Source: Candidatus Eiseniibacteriota bacterium (lineage in GTDB: Bacteria > Eisenbacteria > RBG-16-71-46). From it: a stretch of 64,000 bases of DNA. Below are positions 39,901-48,299 of this stretch, in pieces. The DNA is taken from NCBI GenBank assembly GCA_038231135.1, contig JBBRLX010000006.1:64001-128000 (forward strand), in the 5' to 3' direction. Under the pieces are notes generated by a model. That model did not search any database, was not told where the DNA came from, and saw nothing but the letters and a program-made list of their open reading frames with translations. A program made the position numbers and the translations under genes. How positions within the stretch are numbered: the first letter of the stretch is position 1; each line of letters opens with the position of its first letter.

Positions 39901-42421
39901 GCGAACCAATCGCGTCGCTGTCGGGATCCGAGGCGTGGACCACGATCGTCAGCGGCTGGCCCTGCGTGGCCGCGGCCGTCGCGGGCGCGGTCACCACCGG
40001 CGCGCGGTCGGAGTTCAGCACCTGAACCGACACCGTGGCCGAACCGCTCAGCGCATTCGCGGCGCGGAACGTGATGGCATAGGGGCCGGGCGCGTCGGTG
40101 AACGACGGGGTCCAGGTCAGTGTTCCCGCGGTGTGCGACGGGTTCGAGCTGAACGAAGCGGTGTTCCCGGCCGGCAGCCCGTCGAGCACGGCGGTGAGCG
40201 ACGCGATCGCCTCGCCGTCGGGGTCGGCGGCGGAGACATCGATCCTGAGCGGCTGGTTCTCGGTGACGGTCACCGTCGCAGGCGCGGTGACGGCAGGCGC
40301 CCGATCGGCTGCGGCCACGGTGATCGACGTCGCGCCGGACCCCGATAGCGCGTTCGACGCCGTGAACGTCACCGTGTAGGGACCGGGCCCGTCGGACAAT
40401 GTGGGAGTCCAGCTCAGCGTGCCCCCCGTCTGCGACGGGTTCGGCGTAAAGACCGCGGTGTTCGCGGCCGGCAGCCCGGACAGATTCGCGGTCAGTGACG
40501 CGATGGCGTCGCCGTCCACGTCGGACGCGGTCACGGCGACGCTGATCGGAGCGCCCTGCGTGCCGCTCGTGCTCGCGGGCGCGGCGACGGTGGGCGCGCG
40601 GTCCACGTGCACGACCGAGATCGTCGTGGCCGTGGTGCCCGACAGTCCATTCGCGGCGGTGAACGTGACGGTGTAGGGCCCGGGTGCGGATCCGAACGCC
40701 GGTGTCCAGGTGAACGTGCCCGACGTGGCATCCGCGGACGAACCGAACGTCGCGTGGTGCCCCGCAGGCAGGCCCGCGAGGTTGGCCGTCAGCGTGCTGA
40801 TGGGCTGGGCGTCCGATGCGGACACGGCGAACACCAGCGGCTGGTTCTCGCTCACGGACATGCTCTGCGGCGCGACGACCACCGGCGGCAGATCGCTGCC
40901 CACCGCATGCTCGAACGGCCCGCGATCCATGTACGTCACGGGACCGATGCCGGCATTCGGGACCGACGGATCGTCCGCGCGCGGATTGCCGTCCGCGTCG
41001 AACGCGGGCCAGTACGGCAGCCCGGACATGCCGTTGTCGATTGCCGCCGAGCCCCCCAGCAGATGGAAGTCGCCGATCGCGGGGTTCGCGAACCGCGGAT
41101 TCGCCTCGAGCGTGTGAACGTCCTTGCCGCTGGCGGCGGTGTAGGCCGACACCGAGCTGTACAGCGTCTTCACGTACTTGACGGGATAGTGGCCCCATTC
41201 GGAGTTCCAGAACAGGTTGTAGTCCGACTGGAACCCGACCGCGGACGTCCCGTCGACCCACAGGTTGAACTCGGTCGTCGTGAAGCCGTTGTCGACCGCG
41301 ATGCAGTCATAGAGCTGGTTGTTAGGCGACGAGCCTTCGATCGACCAGCCGTCCTTGTAGTTCTTGTACGCCAGGTCTCCGATGTACAGGTTGCCGACCG
41401 CGCCCAGGTTGTCGTAGCCGTGGTCGCCGTTGTTCCACGAGTAGTTGCCGAGGCAGATGTTGTAGTTGGCGCCGGTGTAGAGATTGAGGCCGGTGTCCTG
41501 GTTGTGATGCAGGTTGTTGTTCTCGAACCGGTTCCCCACGCCGTGCGACAGATAGATGCCGTTCGCGGCGCGCTCACGCGGACGCCAGTTGCCCCACGAC
41601 TCCAAGTTGCGCACGACGGAGCTGTCGCAGGAGGTCAGGTAGACGCCGTGATCCGCGTTGAGCCACGCTCGGGAGTTCTGGATCAATTCGTAGGACGAGT
41701 TCACGATCGAGATGCCGTACTTGCCGCAATATGAGATCGCGAGACTCGCCAGCGTGCAGTGGTTCGCCGCGGCCGACAGGTAGATCGACTTGTCCTCGGT
41801 GCGCGTGATCGTGAAGCCCTGCAGCGTGACCCACGAGCGCGCCGGCAACAGGAATGCCGAGAGGCGCTTGCCCACCATCAACTGCTGCGCCCCGGGGTTG
41901 CCGCCACCCACGTTCACGTACAGGCCGGTGCCGCTCACCCACGTGCAGGAGTTCGCGGGGATCGTCGTCGGCGAGACGAACGTCGAGTCGAGCAGCCGGG
42001 CGCCGTTCGCGAACACCTGCACCGGGCTCCAGTTGACGGTCGATGCGAGCCACACGTCGCCCGCGACCTGCGTCCAGCGGCTCGGCGAGCCGAAGTCGTC
42101 GGCGCCGTCGATCACCGTCGCCGGGCTCTCCGCCAGCACGGTGTACGGGCTGGCCGCCGTTCCGGAACTCTTGATCGTCACCTGTTCACGATAAACGCCG
42201 GCCTTCACCAGGATTGTGGTGCCGGCGGCCTGGCGCGCGGTCACCGCCGCTGCGATCGTCCGGTAGGGAAGTGCCGCGGTGCCGGGATTCGCGTCGTTGG
42301 CGGACGGGTTCGGGCCGTCCACGTAGTACGTGTCCGCGGCGACGCGTCCCGCCGCCCACAGCATCAAGGCCAGCGTGACGACGACAATCTTGGATGTAGT
42401 GCGCGATAGGCGCAGGAACAC
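36917..42421 (-). CDS. Giant secreted protein: right-handed beta-helix, 9 cadherin/Ig-like repeats, 2 CBM4/9-like modules, FlgD/T9SS-like CTD
   Basis: Likely GTG start at 42421 after AGGAG; signal ending VAA-D; TYYVD...D.NPGT...PYRTI; Asn-rich beta-helix; DRAP(V)VTAP...DxDGD repeats; NLC.NP.FE modules; CTD TPNPV...DTSGRR...PGLYFYRL. Confidence 0.92.
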   Translation of the reverse strand: MFLRLSRTTSKIVVVTLALMLWAAGRVAADTYYVDGPNPSANDANPGTAALPYRTIAAAVTARQAAGTTILVKAGVYREQVTIKSSGTAASPYTVLAESPATVIDGADDFGSPSRWTQVAGDVWLASTVNWSPVQVFANGARLLDSTFVSPTTIPANSCTWVSGTGLYVNVGGGNPGAQQLMVGKRLSAFLLPARSWVTLQGFTITRTEDKSIYLSAAANHCTLASLAISYCGKYGISIVNSSYELIQNSRAWLNADHGVYLTSCDSSVVRNLESWGNWRPRERAANGIYLSHGVGNRFENNNLHHNQDTGLNLYTGANYNICLGNYSWNNGDHGYDNLGAVGNLYIGDLAYKNYKDGWSIEGSSPNNQLYDCIAVDNGFTTTEFNLWVDGTSAVGFQSDYNLFWNSEWGHYPVKYVKTLYSSVSAYTAASGKDVHTLEANPRFANPAIGDFHLLGGSAAIDNGMSGLPYWPAFDADGNPRADDPSVPNAGIGPVTYMDRGPFEHAVGSDLPPVVVAPQSMSVSENQPLVFAVSASDAQPISTLTANLAGLPAGHHATFGSSADATSGTFTWTPAFGSAPGPYTVTFTAANGLSGTTATTISVVHVDRAPTVAAPASTSGTQGAPISVAVTASDVDGDAIASLTANLSGLPAANTAVFTPNPSQTGGTLSWTPTLSDGPGPYTVTFTASNALSGSGATSITVAAADRAPAVTAPATVTVTENQPLRIDVSAADPDGEAIASLTAVLDGLPAGNTASFSSNPSHTAGTLTWTPSFTDAPGPYAITFRAANALSGSATVSVQVLNSDRAPVVTAPATAAATQGQPLTIVVHASDPDSDAIGSLGVDLGTLPSAGGATFTPNADNTRATLTWTPGPTDGSGPYVVTFTAANGLSASAQTSITITNVDAPPSVTAPATASVVQGQKLTLSVTAADPNLDPIATLTADLSALPAGNDAVFVVSASHKTGTLTWTPTLADSARPYTVTFTAANALSGSAVTDISVTPADRAPVLTVPAGVTATENQPLTVTVSASDPDGDALTSLTAALAGLPAGNNATFVPNASNTAGSLTWTPSFADAPGPYVVTFTAANALIATASITISVANVDRAPVVTAPATATVVQGQPLSITVTAADADGDAITSLAANLGALPAGAAATFTPASDQKSGTFTWTPAYYDGPGPWPVSFGAANALTGSAVTAITVQAAPPPPNLCANPSFETDIAGWQSTASATLARVAGGHDGGWALEMRSPAAATATFGIGDQPNWVASSPAAGSRYRFSAWVRSASSHGSTKLKLREYSNSVLQGAVVYSNAIPLTAAWQLMSVDFVTLKAGSTIDLELSDYPVAAGEVFQTDDVSITLLPGADQLPVVLAPPTATATENGQLTVTVTASDPDSQAITSLAVSGLPAGNNASFVTNAAHTQGTLTWTPGWFDGRATPYTVTFTASNTQSGSATTSITVANVDRSPVVTSPATASVAEGQTLTVVIAAADPDSDAIASLTAGLTGLPAGNDAEFTPNATRTGGTLTWTPLGGASRSTPYSVTFTAVNAMSGSATLAITVSPGQGVIPPADRNLCGNPTFETNLNGWNGAGSATTTRVAGGRVDSFAVQVRGATTTGTASMGLNDSPNWIMSIPVAGTRYRFAAWVRSPSNTGQVRIKVREYTPAGVQVGTTIQSAAVTLSPVWQFVSVDVVTGGANNTLDMQVLDAPVVAGETFLVDDVGINVVANSSALAMGRAGDDVTTAITPGGLVFGARMTPNPVYGHATLHFTTTARESVRADLYDTSGRRIRRLLDEAQLDPGEHHLGIDLTDDRGLSLRPGLYFYRLEAREGVRTGRVVLTGQ

Positions 42422-42988
42422 GTCCACGCTCCTGAGGCACCGTCCATGGCACGGTGAACTTTGGATGGGAATACAAAACGGCACGCGCGGCGTTGCCCTG
42501 TAGTTGAACAAAGCGGTCGCCGCGTTCGATACCTGCGAGGTCTCTACAAAGCCGTCAACGCAACTTCCGTACCCTGGGGTCCGGACCGCGGACGCGACGG
42601 CTGCCAAGCAATTTGCCCGGGTTTCCTCTCGGGAAACCTTTGGAAATCCGGAGGAATCGTCGAGATTCACGACAATTGCGCTGGGTAGTCATGCGATTTG
42701 AGTGCAGTCTGGCCAGGGTTCAATTGGGTCTGTGGCAGTTCGCCACAGTCGCATCCGGAGTCCCCCGGATCGGCGGGGGAGGGAGTCCACCCCGGCTGGG
42801 GGAATTCACCCGTCGCTTGCGCCATGAGGCACGGGTCCCGTACCGCGATGACGCGCGCCGGCCGCGGCTCACGGGACAAATCGGGCCGTGGAGTGATGTA
42901 TGATCGTGTCCGAATCGGAAGCATAATCGTGACCCCTCGAGCGCCAGCGCGAGCCGGGCGATCATGGCCGCTGGGAGCTCCCACATTC

Positions 42989-44353
42989 ATGCCGGTGCAT
43001 TTCGCTGAAGACGATGCCGGTGCGGCGCCGCGGCGGTTCGCGCAACGCGTAATGCTGCTCGGGGTCGTGGTGGTGTCGGCGCTCGCACTCGCGATCCCGC
43101 GATTCCACAACGACACGGCCGGCCCCGGTCCCGATCTGCGGGGCATCCAGGTCGCACCCGCGCCCGTGGGGACGCTCGGTAGGATGGCCCCCGACAGCGC
43201 CGTCGTGATCGTCTATGGCGACAGCCGCACCGGGCATCGGGTGCTGACGCAACGATCGGGCGCCCGGATGCTGTACGAGGCGGCGCAATCGCATCGTCCG
43301 TCGATGTGGCTCGCCGGGCTCGAGAATCTGCCGGCGACGGCGCTCGAGGTCGTGTACCCGGACTTCATGGGTTTGCGCGACGTGTGGTCCACGTTCGTCA
43401 GCCATCGATTCACAGGCGGCAATCAGCCGGGCGTGCTCCGCGCGCTCGAGGCCAACACAGCGGTCGATTTGATCGTGAACACCGGCGACCTGGTGGAGGA
43501 CGGCCGGCAGCACGTGCAGTGGGAGGAGTTCGCCGGGTCCCATGCGGCGTTGCGCAACCTCGCGCCGTTCGTCGCCGCCCCCGGCAACCACGAGGCGCTG
43601 TGGAAGGCCGCGGCGCGGCGGAACTGGGACGCGATCATGGGGCCGCCGCGCGCGCCATTCAGCTACTGGTCGTCCGTGGCCCTCGGTCGGCTGGCGCGGT
43701 TCGTCATCCTCGACAGCAACCTGTTCACGGATCCTCACGACCACTATCCGCCGGCGCTCGAGCAGGCGCTCGTCGACGAACAGCTCGCGTGGGCCGACTC
43801 CATGCTCGCCGGTCCCGAGCGGTTCAAGTTCGTGGTGCTGCATCATCCGCTGGTCACATCGGGGCACCACTGGGACGAATGGACATCGCAGGACGAGCAC
43901 CCGGCCCAGGACCGCCGCATCCAGCTGCTCGAGATCCTGAGGCGCCGCCACGTCACCGCGGTGCTCGCGGGCCACGAACACCTGTTTCAGCGGAGCTGGA
44001 TCTCGGAGCCCGGCGGCGGCGGATTGTGGCACATCACCACCGGCGGTGGGGGATCGCCGCTGCACTATGTGACCGACGACGATCGCCGGCGGGCCCGGAC
44101 GCAGTCGCTGCCGGACTCGGCGGCGATCGGCGAGATGTTCCCCGAGCAGTCGGTCTACCACTATTGCCGGCTCGTGCTGCGGCCGGATCCCGCGCCCGGC
44201 ATGGCGGCCGCCGAGTTGCGCATCTACCGGGTCGACAGCGCCGGCGCGGCACGGTTGATCGACACCGTGGATCTCGCGTCGCCGCCGGGCGGGCCGGCGG
44301 TGAGCGCCGCCGATCATTCCCCTTTACGCAGGCGGAGTCCGGGCCTACCGTAA
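42989..44353 (+). CDS. Exported calcineurin-like metallophosphoesterase (purple acid phosphatase-like)
   Basis: GDSR, NTGDLV, GNHE, LHHP and GHEH motifs plus an N-terminal hydrophobic segment. Start uncertain. Confidence 0.88.
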   Translation: MPVHFAEDDAGAAPRRFAQRVMLLGVVVVSALALAIPRFHNDTAGPGPDLRGIQVAPAPVGTLGRMAPDSAVVIVYGDSRTGHRVLTQRSGARMLYEAAQSHRPSMWLAGLENLPATALEVVYPDFMGLRDVWSTFVSHRFTGGNQPGVLRALEANTAVDLIVNTGDLVEDGRQHVQWEEFAGSHAALRNLAPFVAAPGNHEALWKAAARRNWDAIMGPPRAPFSYWSSVALGRLARFVILDSNLFTDPHDHYPPALEQALVDEQLAWADSMLAGPERFKFVVLHHPLVTSGHHWDEWTSQDEHPAQDRRIQLLEILRRRHVTAVLAGHEHLFQRSWISEPGGGGLWHITTGGGGSPLHYVTDDDRRRARTQSLPDSAAIGEMFPEQSVYHYCRLVLRPDPAPGMAAAELRIYRVDSAGAARLIDTVDLASPPGGPAVSAADHSPLRRRSPGLP

Positions 44354-44371
44354 TGGGAGTGGTGCGCCGCC

Positions 44372-45163
44372 ATGGCGCGCCGATCGGGTGCAGGGCCGGA
44401 CCGGGTCCCACGTTCCTCGACCGGGTTCGGAGTGGCAGTGACCGCACGCATCCCATTGTTCGAATTCATGCCGTACGGAGCACCCGAGCTGCATGAGGCG
44501 TCGCACCGCCACATGTTCCGCGCGCTGGCCGCCGCGAGTCTCGTGTGGGTCTTTGTGTTCGCGGCGGGCGTGATGACCGGCGCCCTGCCCGCGCCGGCGA
44601 CTCGTTTCGTGACACCGACGGTCGAAGTGCTGCTCGCTCCACCGCCGCCCATGCTGCCGCCACCGCCGGCCCGGACCCAGCCGATCGCGCCCGCGACCTT
44701 GTCGCGTGCGCACGGCGCCATCATCCCGGTGATCGACGAGCCGCCACCGCCGCCTTTGGCTCCGGACTGGCCGGGTGGCATCCGCGATGCGCAGGGCCTG
44801 CTGGGCGGCGAAGCCGGCGACGCGCCGCCCGTCACCGATCGCGGCGTCGTGGCCGAGCCGCCGCTGCCGAATCTTGGCGACAAGGTGCGCACCGACGAGC
44901 TGCCGGTCCTCGTCACCCTCAACCAGCCCGAGTATCCGGACATCGCGCGCGAAGCCGGCGTAGAGGGTCTCGTCGTCGTCCACGTGCTCGTCGGCCGGGA
45001 CGGTCGCGTGATCGACGCGCGGCTCGACGCGAAATTCTCGGTGCCGATGCTCGACGCCACGGCGCTGGCGTCCGCGCGCAAGCTGGTGTTCCAGCCCGCG
45101 ATCGTGGACCACCATCCGGTGGCGGTGTGGGTCGAAATGCCGTACCGGTTTCACCTGCATTGA
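44372..45163 (+). CDS. Energy transducer TonB-like protein
   Basis: TM anchor; Pro-rich linker; PEYPDIAREAGVEGLV...DGRV...F.PA TonB_C domain. Confidence 0.88.
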   Translation: MARRSGAGPDRVPRSSTGFGVAVTARIPLFEFMPYGAPELHEASHRHMFRALAAASLVWVFVFAAGVMTGALPAPATRFVTPTVEVLLAPPPPMLPPPPARTQPIAPATLSRAHGAIIPVIDEPPPPPLAPDWPGGIRDAQGLLGGEAGDAPPVTDRGVVAEPPLPNLGDKVRTDELPVLVTLNQPEYPDIAREAGVEGLVVVHVLVGRDGRVIDARLDAKFSVPMLDATALASARKLVFQPAIVDHHPVAVWVEMPYRFHLH

Positions 45164-45165
45164 GT

Positions 45166-45203
45166 GACCGCCGGCCGCGCGACCCCTTCGCGCGGCCGCG
45201 GTC
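45166..45203 (+). terminator. GC-rich stem-loop after the TonB-like gene
   Basis: CGGCCGCGCGA-CCCCT-TCGCGCGGCCG perfect 11-bp stem, extendable by GACCG/CGGTC; no U-tract. Confidence 0.5.
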
Positions 45204-45395
45204 CCGGAGCGTCCGACCCGGGTGCGGCAGGGGTTCGATGCCGCTGCACATCGTGTCGGGCGCGTTCGCCATCCCGTCCCACAACACTCCCGGTTGAAGT
45301 TTCTTCCACTCGGGAAACGCTGGTTGGGATGCGGCTCGCGCCGTCCCTCATCGCCAAGTTCTTAAGGCGAAGCGACTTAATAACTCCCACCGACG

Positions 45396-45412
45396 CTGGC
45401 ACCAAAGTCGCC
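45396..45412 (+). promoter_or_regulatory. Candidate sigma54 (-24/-12) promoter
   Basis: CTGGCACCAAAGTCGC has GG-N10-GC spacing with a TGGCAC core, about 115 bp upstream of ATG 45526. Confidence 0.45.
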
Positions 45413-45525
45413 TAGACCATGCCGACTGCAATCACCGCAGCATGGTCGAACCCATGCCACCGGCCGGAAGTTCGCGTCGTTAACAGCCAGACACGACCGA
45501 CTTCACATCGAACGGACAAACTGCC

Positions 45526-46908
45526 ATGAATGCCATCGCACTCGCGATCCTGCTGCTGTCCGTGTCCGTGTCCCCCGTCGGCGCTGCCGCGCCTGCGGAT
45601 TCGGACCGAGTGTCCGACCGCGCGAGCGCACCGCCGATTGCGGAGAACGCGGACAGCCTCGCAGCGTCCTATGCAGCGCCCTGGAATCCGCCGCGGCCCC
45701 TGCTCGCGCGCCGGCCGTGGGAGCGGGCGATGCTGTTGCCCGGGCGCATCATTTCGCTGCCGCTATCGGGCCTGGGATACCTCACGCGGCGCTCCATGCT
45801 CGTGATCGAGGACAGCGGCCGGGTGCCGATGGGCCCGCAGCCGCCGCGCGCGAAGCACTCGCCGTCCGTGGCGGTCGGATTGTCCCACTTCGGCGATCGC
45901 ACGGGCGTAGGGCTGTCGCTGGAGCTGCGCACCCCGGAGCCGCGCCGCGAGTTCGTGCCACGATTCGGCGTCCAGTACTCAGCCACGACGCATTTTTATA
46001 ACCGCACGCAGGCCACGCTGACGAGCGGCCCCGCGAGCCTTCAGTATGCATATGAGTGGCGCCCGCAGGAGCAATTCCATGGCATCGGTCTCGAGAGCGC
46101 CGAGGACAGCCTGTCCGACTATGCCATCGAGTTCGAGACGGCGCGCGCGGGACTCACCAGAGCCTGGGGCCGGGACCCGGATCGCAATCAGCCCCGGCTG
46201 ACCCTCAATGCGTGGGGCGGCCCGCGCAGCGCCCTCACCAGCACCGGCCGCGACGCCAGGCAGGTGCCGTTCGACCGCCGCTTCCCCGGGCTGGCCGGGC
46301 TCACGCTCGGACGGCGCGTCGAGCACCTGACCTACGGCGCCGCGATCAAGCTCGACGAACGTCGGGGCGCTCCCCACTGGAGCCGCGGCGGCGCGCTGAC
46401 GCTGGCGGCGGAGAACTTCACGGACCCGGTGCGCGCGCTGGCGCTCCACGATGCCGCCGCGACCGGAGCGGGGTTCCGCCGCTTCACCGGCCAGCTCGAC
46501 GTGGGCACCTCGTTCATGCGCGACCCGCGCTCCCTGCGGCTGATGGCGAAGGTCGTCGATCAGCAGGTCGACGCGCGCGCGGACCGGTTCCTGGTGGCCG
46601 ATCTGGCCACGCTCGGCGGCCGCGACGGACTGCTGGGTTACTCGCCAGGACGGTTTCGTGACAAGGACCTGCTGCTCACGCGGCTGACGTATGTGTTCCC
46701 GCTCGCGCGGCGGTTCGAAGTCGATCTGCATTCTGAGTTCGGCGGGGTCTATGGCGACGTGTGGCACGACGTCCGGATCGGCGGGCTCAAACACTCGTTC
46801 GGCATGTCACTGAGGGGACGCGGGGATCGCACTGCGCGCGGGGCGGTCGGATTCGACATCAGCCCCGAATCGATCCGGATCAACTACACACTGGGGGTGC
46901 CGGAATGA
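45526..46908 (+). CDS. Omp85/BamA-TamA-like outer membrane beta-barrel protein (no obvious POTRA)
   Basis: Signal peptide; amphipathic strands; LGGRDGLLGYSPGRFRD (cf. LGG...LRGY...RF loop-6 motif); terminal INYTLG strand. Confidence 0.78.
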   Translation: MNAIALAILLLSVSVSPVGAAAPADSDRVSDRASAPPIAENADSLAASYAAPWNPPRPLLARRPWERAMLLPGRIISLPLSGLGYLTRRSMLVIEDSGRVPMGPQPPRAKHSPSVAVGLSHFGDRTGVGLSLELRTPEPRREFVPRFGVQYSATTHFYNRTQATLTSGPASLQYAYEWRPQEQFHGIGLESAEDSLSDYAIEFETARAGLTRAWGRDPDRNQPRLTLNAWGGPRSALTSTGRDARQVPFDRRFPGLAGLTLGRRVEHLTYGAAIKLDERRGAPHWSRGGALTLAAENFTDPVRALALHDAAATGAGFRRFTGQLDVGTSFMRDPRSLRLMAKVVDQQVDARADRFLVADLATLGGRDGLLGYSPGRFRDKDLLLTRLTYVFPLARRFEVDLHSEFGGVYGDVWHDVRIGGLKHSFGMSLRGRGDRTARGAVGFDISPESIRINYTLGVPE

Positions 46909-48299
46909 GCCGCTCGATCGCAGGCGTGATGCTGGCAGTGCTCCTCGCCGGCACGGGTGCCGCGGGCGCGATCGCACGGGCGGCCGATACGACGAAGGAG
47001 CACGCCACGGCACCGGGCGCCGCGGCCGCGCGTGATTCGGGCTCGGCCAGGCATGCCGGCCCCGAGCCACATCCCTATTCCTATGCCTACGACATACTCG
47101 ACAACAGTTTCGTGCGACCGGCCACCCGGGTGCTCGACGTGGCACTGCTGGCGCGCAAGCTGACCGGCAATCTCCGCGAGGCGGCGAACATCGACGACCA
47201 GGACCAGGTGCGGCTGCCGAGCACCTGGTGGCAGCCGCGCCTGGGGTTCCGCCCGGTGACGGTCGCGCAGATGCTCACCGGCCCGGGGCCCGGCACCGGT
47301 CCCGCCCCCGGCAAGTGGACGGTGACGAAGGCCAAGGACCAGGGCGTGACGCCGGGATTCCAGATCGAGGATTCACACGGGGACAAGTTCCTGCTCAAAT
47401 TCGATCCCGTGGGATGGCCCGACCTCGCGTCCGGCGCCGCCGTGATCGGCAGCCGCCTCATGTGGGCGGCCGGCTACAACGTGCCCGACGACGCGATCGG
47501 GCAGTTCCGCCCCGAGGATCTCGAGATCAAGCGGGGCGCGACCTACACCGACGCCAACCGCCGCAAACAGCCGATCAACGACGCGTACATCCAGCAACTC
47601 CTCGCGCGGGTCGCGCGTCAGCAGGACGGCAGCTACCGCTGCATCGCGAGCCGGATGCTCGATGGCAAGCCGCTCGGGCCGTTCGAATATCATGGCCGCC
47701 AGCGCGACGATCCCGAGGACCGGATTCCGCACGAGCTGCGGCGTGAGCTGCGGGGGCTGTGGACGGTGTGCGCGTGGCTCAATCACGCGGACAGCCGCGG
47801 CCCGAATACGCTCGACATGTGGGTCACCGATCACGGCCGGTCGTTCGTACGCCACAACCTGATCGACTTCAGCGCCATCCTCGGCGCCGGTGCGACCGGC
47901 AAGCGGGCGTACGCCACCGGGACGGAGTACTATGTCGACTTCGGCGTGATGCGCCGGGAGTTGACGACCCTGGGGCTGCGGCCCTTCGCCTGGGAATCCT
48001 CGGTGGATCCAAACATGAAGGCAGTCGGGTTCGTGGAGTCCGCGACGTTCGATCCCGTCGGGTGGCGGCCCGACTATCCCAACCCCGCGTTCGACGCGCG
48101 CACCGAGCGCGACATTCGCTGGGGCGCCCGGATCGTGGCGGGCTTCACGGATGACCACATTCGTGCCGCCGTCGACGCCGCGAAGTATTCCGATCCGCGT
48201 GCGGCCGCGTACATCACCCGCGTGCTGATCGAGCGCCGCGACAAGCTGGTGCGGCGGTGGCTCGGCGCGGAGGCCGCTCGACTGCAGGCTGGCCGATGA
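46905..48299 (+). CDS. Exported atypical protein-kinase-like fold protein
   Basis: ATG overlaps the barrel-gene stop; signal peptide; GVTPGF...FLLKFD; WLNHADSRGPN (HxDxxxxN); LIDF. Confidence 0.75.
   Translation: MSRSIAGVMLAVLLAGTGAAGAIARAADTTKEHATAPGAAAARDSGSARHAGPEPHPYSYAYDILDNSFVRPATRVLDVALLARKLTGNLREAANIDDQDQVRLPSTWWQPRLGFRPVTVAQMLTGPGPGTGPAPGKWTVTKAKDQGVTPGFQIEDSHGDKFLLKFDPVGWPDLASGAAVIGSRLMWAAGYNVPDDAIGQFRPEDLEIKRGATYTDANRRKQPINDAYIQQLLARVARQQDGSYRCIASRMLDGKPLGPFEYHGRQRDDPEDRIPHELRRELRGLWTVCAWLNHADSRGPNTLDMWVTDHGRSFVRHNLIDFSAILGAGATGKRAYATGTEYYVDFGVMRRELTTLGLRPFAWESSVDPNMKAVGFVESATFDPVGWRPDYPNPAFDARTERDIRWGARIVAGFTDDHIRAAVDAAKYSDPRAAAYITRVLIERRDKLVRRWLGAEAARLQAGR

Noticed and set aside
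37760..40894. Recurring DNA motifs such as GTGAACGTCAC at roughly 290-bp spacing, considered as a CRISPR-like array
   Set aside because: They are coding repeats of Ig-like domains; there is no repeat-spacer structure and no cas gene.
42422..42988. N-terminal extensions of ORFs 36917..42670 and 42698..44353
   Set aside because: Signal peptides lie downstream in both genes, and the giant gene has an RBS at its later start; this stretch looks like a divergent promoter region.
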